This document shows, piece by piece, positions 28,490 through 37,171 of a DNA stretch of 56,941 nucleotides (its first letter is position 1; each line of letters opens with the position of its first letter). The position numbers and the translations under genes are program-made. The DNA is from an uncultured Myxococcales bacterium. GTDB taxonomy: Bacteria > Myxococcota_A > UBA9042 > DTJE01. Location of the stretch: NCBI GenBank assembly GCA_964424165.1, contig CAYRIB010000001.1, forward strand, positions 13,360-70,300, written 5' to 3'. The notes beneath the pieces are model-generated. The model saw only the letters and a list, made by a program, of their open reading frames with translations. It searched no databases and had not been told where the DNA came from.

Positions 28490-29635
28490 ATGCCGCCGGA
28501 CATCGACCAATCAGGCCCAATCCCCCTGCCAGAGGTCGGCCGGGGCATCAAGGTTGTGCTGTCCGACATCCATATGGGCCAGGGCATGCGGGCAGGGTTT
28601 GCCAATCCATACGAAGAGTTCCACGAGGACGAGCGACTGGTGGAACTGCTGCGCCATTACGCCGGGGGGCGTTATGCCGACCTCCCGGTGGAACTGATCC
28701 TGAATGGGGACATCCTTGACCTGCTGCGGGTCCCTTATCGTGGCCGCTTTGTCACCGAGGTGACCGAGGACGTGGCCATCGACAAGGTCCGCCGCTGTGT
28801 GCTCGGGCATCCGTCGGTATTCGATGCCCTGGCGGATTTCGCGGCCCGCCCCGACCGGCGCATCACCTACGTGGCTGGCAACCATGACCTGGATGTGGCG
28901 TTTCCTGGGGTTCAGCGGTTGCTGCGTGCGCGCCTGGGCCTCGACGCGAGTTCGCCGATCCTGCAGTTCTGCACGGAAGACGAGTTCTATCGCCTGCCGG
29001 GCGGGGTCGTGGTGACCCATGGCCACATGCTCGAGGCCATGAGCCGAACCGATGCCGGGACCCCCCTGAAGACCTTGCCCGACGGCCGAACGGTCGTGAA
29101 CATGCCCTGGAGCAGCTACTTCGTGCTCGATGTCCTGGCGCCCGCCAAGCGCGAGCAGCCCCTGATCGACATGGTTCACCCCCTGTCGTCGTTCATCTTG
29201 TGGGGGCTGCTGTTCGATCCCCGATTCACCGTGAAAATCCTATGGCAGATCGTGCGTTTCTACCTGAAGACCCCGGTGCGGACCATGCCCCGGGACGACC
29301 GTGGGATCCTCAAGGCACTGCAGGTGCTCGTCGAGGAGATGACCCTGCACGACAACCTCGAGGGGCGGGCCTACCGACTCTTGCAGAGCTCGGATGACAT
29401 GACGGCCCTGATCGTGGGGCACAGCCATCAGGCCAAGACGCGGCGTTTCGTGGAAGGCAAGACCTACGTCAACACCGGGACGTGGGAAAAAGTGGTCAGT
29501 TTGGACCTGCGCGACCTGGGGCCCAAGAGTCTGCTGAGCTATGCGGTCGTGGAGTATCCGGAAACGGGCCTGCCCGTGGTGCGTCTGATGCGTTGGCGGG
29601 GAGAGAGCCGGGTCAACGAGGAGATGCGTCTGTGA
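28490..29635 (+). CDS. Calcineurin-like metallophosphoesterase
   Basis: Ordered motifs VLSDIHMG, LNGDILDL, VAGNHDLD and VTHGHM (D-x-H / GD / GNHD / GH). ATG preceded by GGAGAAG, 13 nt after the Fe-S gene stop. Confidence 0.75.
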   Translation: MPPDIDQSGPIPLPEVGRGIKVVLSDIHMGQGMRAGFANPYEEFHEDERLVELLRHYAGGRYADLPVELILNGDILDLLRVPYRGRFVTEVTEDVAIDKVRRCVLGHPSVFDALADFAARPDRRITYVAGNHDLDVAFPGVQRLLRARLGLDASSPILQFCTEDEFYRLPGGVVVTHGHMLEAMSRTDAGTPLKTLPDGRTVVNMPWSSYFVLDVLAPAKREQPLIDMVHPLSSFILWGLLFDPRFTVKILWQIVRFYLKTPVRTMPRDDRGILKALQVLVEEMTLHDNLEGRAYRLLQSSDDMTALIVGHSHQAKTRRFVEGKTYVNTGTWEKVVSLDLRDLGPKSLLSYAVVEYPETGLPVVRLMRWRGESRVNEEMRL

Positions 29636-29667
29636 TCGATGTGTGTCTGCGACAAGGAGGAATGACG

Positions 29668-30660
29668 ATGCGTGGTGCCTGGTGGATCGCGGGATTGGGG
29701 CTCTGGATGATGGCCTGCGGCGGCGGTGAAGGCGGCGACACGGACGTCGTGGAGGTCTTTGAGGTCGTGGAAGAGGCGGGGGGGCCCGGGGTCACCGAAC
29801 ACGGCGGGGTCTATCCTGCCACGGCCACCGAGGACCAGGTGACGGCCCTGTCCGAAGTCAACCGGGTTCGCACGGTCCTGGGCCTTGCCGTGGTCGACGA
29901 GGACGAAAAACTCAATGCCGCGGCGCAAGCGCATGCCGACTTCATCGTGGCCAACTGCGACCGCTACGACGACACGGGGTTGAGCCCACACGAGGAAGAC
30001 CCCGAATGGCCCGGGTTCACCGGGGTGATGCCCTGGGACCGCACCGACACCTTTGGCTACCAGGCCATGGGGATCGGCGAGGTGATCGCCTTCGTCAACC
30101 ACCCCAAGCGGGCGGTGAGTGGGTGGATCGACACGCTGTATCATCGCCTGCCGCTGATCGACCCGACGGCCATTGCAGTGGGCTACGGGAATGCCACTGG
30201 GGCCGAGGGTTGCTCGTGGGACATGCTGCAGAACGTGGATGTGATGGACCTCGGGTTCAAGGGGTCTGCCGAGGATGTGGTGGTCTTGTACCCAGGCGAC
30301 CAGATGACCGGGGTGGCACGAGCCTTCGACGGCTACGAGTCCCCCCAGCCCCCAAAGCCTCCGCAGGGTTATCCATCGGGCTACATCGTGACCGTGCAGT
30401 TCGGACAGACCAAGGCCTTCTCGGTCACGGGGCACCAGATACTCGAGGCAGGAACGACCGCGCTCGACCACACGTTCCTGGCACCCTTCGCGGATGCGGA
30501 ACACGGAGTGATGCGGGACCCGCATGCCTCGGCGGGCGACAGCTACGTAGCGCTGTATGCCCACAAGCCGCTCAAGGCCGAAACCGAGTACCGCGTGGTG
30601 ATCGATCTCATCCGGGGCGACGAACCCGTGCACCTGGAATGGACCTTCTGGACCCGTTGA
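29668..30660 (+). CDS. CAP/SCP (PR-1-like) domain lipoprotein
   Basis: AAGGAGG lies 7 nt upstream of ATG 29668. Lipobox MRGAWWIAGLGLWMMAC-GGGEGG. CAP-domain blocks VNRVRTVLGL...LNAAAQAHADF and WIDTLYHRLPLIDP. Confidence 0.7.
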   Translation: MRGAWWIAGLGLWMMACGGGEGGDTDVVEVFEVVEEAGGPGVTEHGGVYPATATEDQVTALSEVNRVRTVLGLAVVDEDEKLNAAAQAHADFIVANCDRYDDTGLSPHEEDPEWPGFTGVMPWDRTDTFGYQAMGIGEVIAFVNHPKRAVSGWIDTLYHRLPLIDPTAIAVGYGNATGAEGCSWDMLQNVDVMDLGFKGSAEDVVVLYPGDQMTGVARAFDGYESPQPPKPPQGYPSGYIVTVQFGQTKAFSVTGHQILEAGTTALDHTFLAPFADAEHGVMRDPHASAGDSYVALYAHKPLKAETEYRVVIDLIRGDEPVHLEWTFWTR

Positions 30661-30683
30661 CGGCATGAAGCCGGAGTTGCCCG

Positions 30684-31940
30684 CTACCAGGCGACGTGGG
30701 CGGTCAGGCCCAGGCCCGTGGGACCGGCCGGGATCAGGACCGTGGCCGTGTCGTCGGGCGCCGTGAAATAGAGCACCAGACCCGTGGCCAGTGCCGCGCC
30801 CCCGACCCCCCACAGCACGTAAGAGGCAAGGGCCTTCTTCTTTCCCGCATCCACCTTGGCATCGAAGGCCTCATCGAAGGCCTCGTTGGTAGCGTAGGAT
30901 GCCCGCTCCATGTCATCGGCATCCTGATAGTCCTTGTAGGCGAGACCATACAGGAGCCCACCCGTGGCAGTGATGGCCACCCCGCTGGCCATGGTGACCC
31001 AGGCCGCGGTCCGCATCGCCGAGCCCTTGCTGGAGGCGGACGCAGGCATCACAGGCGGTGTTGGTTGGACCGTTTCCTGTCCGTTGGTCAGTGGGATGAG
31101 GTCCGCATGCACGACCAGCATTTCGCCGGGGCCAAGCCGCACCTTCTGGCCGAATGGGGCGAAGCCTGGGGCCTCGGCCCTGATCGCATGCTCGCCCGGG
31201 ACGACAGGTCTTTCGATCGGGGTCGGACCCTCGTAAACCCCGTCGATCGACACGGCGAGGCTCGCGGTCCTGCTTTCGACCCGGAGCACCGCTGGAGTGG
31301 GCCGCAGCGTCAGAAGGATTTCGGTCTTGAACCCTTTCTTGAGGTGAAAGGGAATTCGCTCGGGCTCGAAGCCCGCGGCTTCGGACAGCAGGACGTGTTC
31401 GCCGGGTGGAAGCCATGCATCCAGGAAAATCAATCGGCTGGACTCATTCTTGCGGTCCACCCACAGTTCCACGGCAGGCGACGAGGGCGTGACCACCAGA
31501 TGACCGTGGGTGGCGGCAAGGACCTCCTCGATGTCGGCGATCAGGCGCATGGCGTCGGTGCGGTCGTTGGCGGATTGGGCCAGTTCGCGGTAACGCAAGG
31601 CATAGGCATGAGCCAGCAGGGGCTTCTTCAATCGCGACAGGTACAAAAGACCGATGTTGTACAGGTTGGCCGGGTCGCCCGCGGCCTCGAAGGCTTGGCG
31701 AAACCCGTCGATGGCAGACTCGTAGCGTCGGGATCGGACATCCTGTTCGGCACGCTCCGCCATGATGCGGCCTGCGGCCTCGTTCGGCGTGGCAGGGGCA
31801 ATGGGCAGGACCTGTGCGGGCGTGGACGTTGGCAGGTGGATGAGCGTGAGCACGACCCAACCGATCGCCAGAATCGGCTTTGCTAACTGACCATGAAACC
31901 CGAGCACTTTCGCCTCACCCGACAAACCCGGTATGGACAC
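30684..31940 (-). CDS. PEGA-domain protein with TPR-like N-terminal region and C-terminal TM helices
   Basis: PEGA-type repeats (LVVTPSSPAVELWVD..., LRVESRTASLAVSIDGVYEGPTPIERPVVPGEHAIRAEAPGFAPF). C-terminal hydrophobic segments AAWVTMASGVAITATGGLLYGLAY and LWGVGGAALATGLVLYF. GTG start 3 nt after the kinase stop. Confidence 0.6.
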   Translation of the reverse strand: MSIPGLSGEAKVLGFHGQLAKPILAIGWVVLTLIHLPTSTPAQVLPIAPATPNEAAGRIMAERAEQDVRSRRYESAIDGFRQAFEAAGDPANLYNIGLLYLSRLKKPLLAHAYALRYRELAQSANDRTDAMRLIADIEEVLAATHGHLVVTPSSPAVELWVDRKNESSRLIFLDAWLPPGEHVLLSEAAGFEPERIPFHLKKGFKTEILLTLRPTPAVLRVESRTASLAVSIDGVYEGPTPIERPVVPGEHAIRAEAPGFAPFGQKVRLGPGEMLVVHADLIPLTNGQETVQPTPPVMPASASSKGSAMRTAAWVTMASGVAITATGGLLYGLAYKDYQDADDMERASYATNEAFDEAFDAKVDAGKKKALASYVLWGVGGAALATGLVLYFTAPDDTATVLIPAGPTGLGLTAHVAW

Positions 31941-31943
31941 GGT

Positions 31944-33410
31944 CTACCGGTCGCCTCGTTTCAGGGGTAGGTCATCTTCCGGAGAAGATTTCGTCCTGCC
32001 ACGTTTCAGCAGACGGGTCATCTCGTCATCATCCTCGATCCGCGGGTTGGGGGCAAGGGCGGGGCGGCGGGACGGGCGCGGTGGCCGGGCCACGGCAGGG
32101 GGCGGGTTTCGAAGGGGTGGTGTCGGGGCCGGGCTTGTTGCCGTCGGGGGGGGCACAGGCGGAAACGGTGCGGTTGATTCTTGGAGCGTCGCGGGGCTCG
32201 CCTCAATCGGTGCGGGGACAGCCTCGATCGCTGGAGGGGCTTCCTCGATCAACGTAGGGCCTTCGCCCGAACGCAGAACCAAGGATGCGACCAGGGCCAA
32301 AGCGACCCCCGAGATGGCGGCCACGACCCATGGCCAGGCCACGCGGCGTCGCGAAGGCCGCCGTCTGGCGGCAGGGGCAGCCGCGGGGGCCAACTGCGGC
32401 GGTGAGGTGACGGCCCTGGTGGTAACGGCCAGGTCGCCTTCGGGCGTGGCAGTACGAGTTGTTGGTGCCAGAGCGTTGAGTAGTTGTCGCTGAACGTCGG
32501 CGGCCGAAGCGGGGCGATCCTCGATCCGGGTGGCCAGAAGCGCAGACAACGTGGCCTGGAGAGGTTCGGGAATCACCACGTCCGGGGCTACGTGCCCGAC
32601 GTCCGGGGCCTTTTTCTGGACCTTTTGCAGCGCCATTGCCAGGGGGGTGTCCGCCTCGAACGGGGGCCTTCCCGACAGGAGTTCGAACAAGATGATGCCG
32701 ATCGAATAGAGGTCCGAGCGGGCATCCGTGTCCCGACCCTGGGCCTGCTCGGGGCTCATGTAAGTCGGGGTCCCGAAACTGGCACCGGCCAGAGTCGTCG
32801 AGGGTCCTTCGGGCCCCTGAAGCTTGGCGATCCCGAAGTCCAGGACCTTGACGAAGTCGCGGGCACCCGCGCCGTCGAGCACGAAGATGTTGTCCGGCTT
32901 GAGGTCGCGATGCAGCACGCCCACCTCGTGGGCCTCCACGAGCGAATCGCAGATCTGCGACACGATGTGGACACTGCGCTCGGGGGCCATGGGCCCCGGT
33001 TCTTCGAGCAGGAGCCGCGACAGAGGCCGTCCCTGCAGCAGTTCCATGGCAATGTACAACAGGCCGTCGTGGGTCCGTCCGAAATCGAACACCGTGATGG
33101 TGTGAGGGTTTGCCAGACGGCTGGCGGCCTTGGCTTCCCGGAAGAAGCGCACAACGGCCTGCTCGTCGCCGGTGAGTTCGCGCCGCAGCAACTTGAGGGC
33201 CACGTCCCGGTCCATGGACAACTGGTGCGCCCGGTACACGGTCCCCATGCCGCCCGTTCCGATCCGATCCATGATCGTGAAACGCCCGTCGAGGGTATGC
33301 CCGATCAGGTCTTCTTCCGGGTTGACCAGAAAAGTCGGCGTCTGATCATCGGGACAGCGGGCGATGTCCGCAAGAAAGCGTCGGCCGCACTCTGGACAAA
33401 CGCGGGGCAT
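31944..33410 (-). CDS. Hanks-type Ser/Thr protein kinase with N-terminal zinc ribbon and Pro-rich TM-anchored tail
   Basis: CPECGRRF...CPDD zinc ribbon. GTGGMGTVYRA, VALKLL, HRDLKPDNIF, DFGIAKL, GTPTYMSPEQ. TM WPWVVAAISGVALALVASLVL, then a Pro/Ala-rich tail. ATG 33410..33408. Confidence 0.9.
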   Translation of the reverse strand: MPRVCPECGRRFLADIARCPDDQTPTFLVNPEEDLIGHTLDGRFTIMDRIGTGGMGTVYRAHQLSMDRDVALKLLRRELTGDEQAVVRFFREAKAASRLANPHTITVFDFGRTHDGLLYIAMELLQGRPLSRLLLEEPGPMAPERSVHIVSQICDSLVEAHEVGVLHRDLKPDNIFVLDGAGARDFVKVLDFGIAKLQGPEGPSTTLAGASFGTPTYMSPEQAQGRDTDARSDLYSIGIILFELLSGRPPFEADTPLAMALQKVQKKAPDVGHVAPDVVIPEPLQATLSALLATRIEDRPASAADVQRQLLNALAPTTRTATPEGDLAVTTRAVTSPPQLAPAAAPAARRRPSRRRVAWPWVVAAISGVALALVASLVLRSGEGPTLIEEAPPAIEAVPAPIEASPATLQESTAPFPPVPPPTATSPAPTPPLRNPPPAVARPPRPSRRPALAPNPRIEDDDEMTRLLKRGRTKSSPEDDLPLKRGDR

Positions 33411-33519
33411 CGGGGTCCTCCGATGGCCCGAGTCTAGACGCATCAGGTCCGGGGGGTCAACTGGAGAAGGGCCTGTGAAACATGATATGAATCCGGATGG
33501 TCGGTCAGGTGCGACAACG

Positions 33520-35046
33520 ATGCTGCAGTTCAAGACATCCCTTTCAGCGAGACTGGCGCTCGGGCTCATTGCGCAGATGACCATCATGGCAGGGGCGGTC
33601 TTCTATATCGTGTGGGCTGCCAACGTGATCTTCGACGATCTCTCGGCGCTCAAGGATGACCTTGACCCCACCATCGAGGATTTGCGCACCCAGTTGGCAG
33701 AGTTGAAGCGCAACGAAGACCTGCTGCTGACATCGCGCAGCCGGGACGCGGACCGGGTGCGGTCACGACTTCCCCGCACGGACCTGTTCGATCGGCTGAC
33801 TGCGGATGCCACGGTCCTGCGCCGTGTGGCCGAGCGCGAGCGGACGAGCATGGAATCCGCGATGGGTCTTGGCGAGGCGGCATCCCTGATCGAGGAAGCC
33901 CTCGAGCAGCGAGCACTGATCGACGGGATCCGGGCGCGACTCGAGGCCGGGACCCTGATGCGCGAAGCGGATCTGGACCTGTCGTCGCGCGATCTGTCGC
34001 GTGCGCTCAGGACCATGCGAACGCGCCTGCTGCAGGCAATGAACCGCACGGTGAACGCCTCGCGCGAGGCCACCCACGACCTGTTCGAGCGCCGCACGGA
34101 CCTGCTGGGCATGAGTCTCGTCGTTCTGGTGGCGGCCTTGCTGGCTGCGCTGGCGGTGATGGTGTTCTCGCTCAAGGCCCTCAAACCGGTCGGTGACCTC
34201 GTTACTGCGGTCCACCGTCTGGCGCACGGGGACTATTCGGTCGTGCCGTCGCGACGCCTGTCGCGGGAACTCGCGGACATCGCCGAGGCCCTGACCCTTC
34301 TGGCCAATGCTCTCAAGGCGCGCGAGGCGGACCTGCAACGCAAGACCGATGCGCAGATGCAGTCCGAACGTCTGGCCACGGTGGGTCGCATGGCGTCGGT
34401 GGTGGCTCACGAGGTCCGCAATCCGCTCAATTCGATCGCGCTCAACACCGAACTGCTGCGCGAAGCCCTGGAAGCCGGTGGTCGAATGGATGCCCGTACG
34501 GCACAGGTGGTAACCGCGGTGCAGCGCGAGATCGACCGGTTGTCCGAGATCACCGAAGAATACCTCCGCTTCGGGCGACTTCCGAAGGGAGAGGTCGTGC
34601 CGTGCGACGCGGTGCGCGTGGTGCAGGAGACGGTGGCGTTCATGGAAGGCGAGTTTGCGGAGGCTTCCGTGACCGTGTCGACCCGATTCTCCCAACCGGT
34701 CATGATGTTGCTGGCCGATGAGGCCCAGTTGCGGCAGGCGCTGATCAATATCCTGCGAAACGCGCGCCAGGCCATGCCCGATGGCGGGGCGATCGAAATC
34801 GAAGGTGCGCTCGACGAGGAGCGCGTGGCCCTATCGATCAAGGACCACGGAGGGGGTATTCCCGAGTCGTTCCGGGAACGCCTGTTCGAGCCGTTTGCCA
34901 CGACCAAGCAGGGTGGGACCGGACTGGGGCTGGCCTTCGTGCAGCAGGTGGCCCACGATTCCGGCGGGGACGTGCTGGTGGATTCGACGCCGGGGCGCGG
35001 GACCACGGTGAAGCTGGTGTTGCGGGCTGCGCCCAGGAACGAGTAG
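33520..35046 (+). CDS. Sensor histidine kinase (TM - HAMP - HisKA - HATPase_c), no adjacent response regulator
   Basis: H-box MASVVAHEVRNPLNSI. N-box LINILRNARQAM. G-boxes IKDHGGGIP and GTGLGLAFV. HAMP-like LKPVGDLVTAVHRLAHGDYS. Start uncertain: ATG 33520 (AGGTG upstream) or ATG 33487. The track start 33364 overlaps the divergent kinase gene. Confidence 0.8.
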   Translation: MLQFKTSLSARLALGLIAQMTIMAGAVFYIVWAANVIFDDLSALKDDLDPTIEDLRTQLAELKRNEDLLLTSRSRDADRVRSRLPRTDLFDRLTADATVLRRVAERERTSMESAMGLGEAASLIEEALEQRALIDGIRARLEAGTLMREADLDLSSRDLSRALRTMRTRLLQAMNRTVNASREATHDLFERRTDLLGMSLVVLVAALLAALAVMVFSLKALKPVGDLVTAVHRLAHGDYSVVPSRRLSRELADIAEALTLLANALKAREADLQRKTDAQMQSERLATVGRMASVVAHEVRNPLNSIALNTELLREALEAGGRMDARTAQVVTAVQREIDRLSEITEEYLRFGRLPKGEVVPCDAVRVVQETVAFMEGEFAEASVTVSTRFSQPVMMLLADEAQLRQALINILRNARQAMPDGGAIEIEGALDEERVALSIKDHGGGIPESFRERLFEPFATTKQGGTGLGLAFVQQVAHDSGGDVLVDSTPGRGTTVKLVLRAAPRNE

Positions 35047-35053
35047 GGAGGTA

Positions 35054-36892
35054 ATGATGAAAGGGAATCTCTGGCTGATGGTAGGGTGCTTGTGGCTGGC
35101 CGGGTGCGGCACCGCGCGACCGATCGCGCCGGATCCGTTGCCGAACGTGGACGACTGTTGTACCAGGGGGGTGGATCGCATCATGACCAGTCTGGAACGC
35201 GGCGATAACCTGTCCGGTTCGTCGGACCTCCTGCCCATCGAGGAATTGCAGAGGCGTCGCGCACGATTCGCGGACGTACGGATCGACGTGGATCGGGCCT
35301 CGATCGCCGAGCGGGATCTCACGGTGCTCGGTCATCTCATCCGGGCGGCCGACGTGATGTCGCGGCTGTACTGGTGGCAGGCCTCGGAGGAGGGTTCCTG
35401 GCTTCGGGCCGGGCTGGCTGCGGCCCGCGGCGATTACGGTACGCTGTTGCGCGAATACGTGGAGATCAATGCCGGGGGGTATGACCGTCTTGACGGTGGC
35501 GAGCCTTTCTTTCCGCGCAGCGCCCCTCCGAAGCGATCCACGTTCTATCCGAAAGACCTGACCACGGCCGAGTTCGAGGCCTGGATTGCGGCGCATCCGG
35601 ACGACCGTGAGGCGTTCCAGTCGCCGTTCACACTGATCCGCCGCGAACAGGGCGCCTTGCGGGCAATCCCCTATTCCGAGGCCTACCGCGAGGACCTGGC
35701 CGAGGCGGCCGGGCATCTGCGGGCCGCGGCCGACTCGACCGGGGACGTGGCCTTGGCACGCTACCTCCGTTCGCGGGCCGATGCGTTCGAGTCCAACGAC
35801 TACTACGCGAGCGACTGCGACTGGATGGATTTGCACACCGGGGCGCGGGGCGAGTCGTCGCTGGTCGACATCACCATCGGACCCTACGAGGTGTACGAAG
35901 ACGACATGATGAACCTCAAGGCCGCGTTCGAGGCCTTCGTCACGCTCGTCGACGAAGCGGAAAGCCGCAAACTGGCCCGCATCGGGACCCTGCTCGACGA
36001 AATGGAGGGCCATCTGCCCATCGACGACCGGCACCGTAACTTCTCGCGGGGGAAGGCGGCGCCGGTCAGCGTGGTCAACGTGATCTTCACCGCGGGTGAT
36101 GCGGCCAAGGGCGTCCAGACCACGGCATTCAACCTGCCCAACGACGAACGCGTGCGGTCGGCCAAGGGGTCCAAGAAGGTCCTGCTCAAGAACGTGACCG
36201 AGGCCAAGTTCTCGACCATTCTGCGACCCATCGCAGAGCGTCTGCTCGAACCCGCGAGACTGCCGTTCGTCACCGCGGACGCGTTCTTCAACTTCATTTT
36301 GTTGCACGAGGTGAGCCACGGAATCGGCCCGGGGATCCTGTCGCTGCCCGATGGCACCAAGACCACGGTCAACCAGACGCTGCGCGAGACCTATTCGGTC
36401 ATCGAGGAATGCAAGGCCGACGTGTTGAGCGTCTTCAACACCGACTTCCTGATCCAGAACAAGACGTTGCCCGCTACGATGGGGCCGCAGACCGAGGCCA
36501 CCTATCTGGCCGGGATCTTCCGGTCGGTGCGGTTCGGCGCCGAGGAGGCCCACGGCAAGGCCAACATCATGCAATTCAACGCGCTGCGCGAGGCCGGGGC
36601 CTTCCGACTGGATCCGGCGACCGGACGATTCGACGTGGACCGGGCGCGATTCTTGCCTGCGATCACGGCCCTGGCCGAGCGCCTGCTGAAGATCGAGGCC
36701 GAGGGGGATGTGGAAGCGGCTAGAAAGCTGATCGCGCAGTATGGAAGCGTTCCCGAGCAGGTTCGACAGGCATTGTCCCGACTCGGGGACATCCCGGTCG
36801 ACATCCGGCCCGTTTATTCCCTGGCCGCGCAACTGCGCGGGCCCGGCAAGGGGGCGTCAGTGGGAGTGACACCCGGAACAACTGCCCCCTGA
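35054..36892 (+). CDS. Lipoprotein, M49 (dipeptidyl-peptidase III)-like zinc hydrolase with a pentapeptide HEXXH motif
   Basis: GGGAGG lies upstream of ATG 35054. Lipobox MMKGNLWLMVGCLWLAGC-G. LLHEVSHGIGPG (HEXXH) followed about 40 aa later by IEECKADVLS, equivalent to the second M49 motif EEXK/RAD/E. Confidence 0.6.
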   Translation: MMKGNLWLMVGCLWLAGCGTARPIAPDPLPNVDDCCTRGVDRIMTSLERGDNLSGSSDLLPIEELQRRRARFADVRIDVDRASIAERDLTVLGHLIRAADVMSRLYWWQASEEGSWLRAGLAAARGDYGTLLREYVEINAGGYDRLDGGEPFFPRSAPPKRSTFYPKDLTTAEFEAWIAAHPDDREAFQSPFTLIRREQGALRAIPYSEAYREDLAEAAGHLRAAADSTGDVALARYLRSRADAFESNDYYASDCDWMDLHTGARGESSLVDITIGPYEVYEDDMMNLKAAFEAFVTLVDEAESRKLARIGTLLDEMEGHLPIDDRHRNFSRGKAAPVSVVNVIFTAGDAAKGVQTTAFNLPNDERVRSAKGSKKVLLKNVTEAKFSTILRPIAERLLEPARLPFVTADAFFNFILLHEVSHGIGPGILSLPDGTKTTVNQTLRETYSVIEECKADVLSVFNTDFLIQNKTLPATMGPQTEATYLAGIFRSVRFGAEEAHGKANIMQFNALREAGAFRLDPATGRFDVDRARFLPAITALAERLLKIEAEGDVEAARKLIAQYGSVPEQVRQALSRLGDIPVDIRPVYSLAAQLRGPGKGASVGVTPGTTAP

Positions 36893-37072
36893 GCAGGAAG
36901 CGCAGCCCCCTGATGTCGTGGTTTTTCCACCCACACTGAAGCCGCATGCGGACATGAGACGCCTGACCTCATGGGTGCCGCAATGGGGACATGGGGACTT
37001 TTCGGTGCCCGACGGCACGAGTTCCTCGAAGTCCTTGTGGCAGCGTTCGCACCGGAATTCGTAGACCGGCAT
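36857..37072 (-). CDS. FmdB-family putative regulatory zinc-ribbon protein
   Basis: MPVYEFRCERCHKDFEELV...CPHCGTHEVRRL is the canonical FmdB CxxC...CxxC fold, with a Gly/Cys/Ser tail. Only the last 72 codons of track ORF 36857..40045 are used. Convergent 36-nt overlap with the M49-like gene. Confidence 0.7.
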   Translation of the reverse strand: MPVYEFRCERCHKDFEELVPSGTEKSPCPHCGTHEVRRLMSACGFSVGGKTTTSGGCASCSGGSCSGCHSH

Positions 37073-37171
37073 GGTGTCACCTCGCTTCGGGGGGATCATA
37101 GCACCGGTTGGTTCGAGGTGCAGGGTGGGGTGGCGATGGGTTCGGGTGTAGACTTCGCGTAGGAGGTCCTG

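Noticed and set aside
26443-28605. 720-aa minus-strand ORF
   Set aside because: It is antisense to the Fe-S oxidoreductase gene, which carries clear CxxCxxCxxxCP and CCG motifs. The antisense product is low-complexity and Arg/His/Gln/Pro-rich.
30661-30683. Short hairpin CGGC-ATGAA-GCCG between the convergent CAP and PEGA genes
   Set aside because: The stem is only 4 bp and there is no U-tract.
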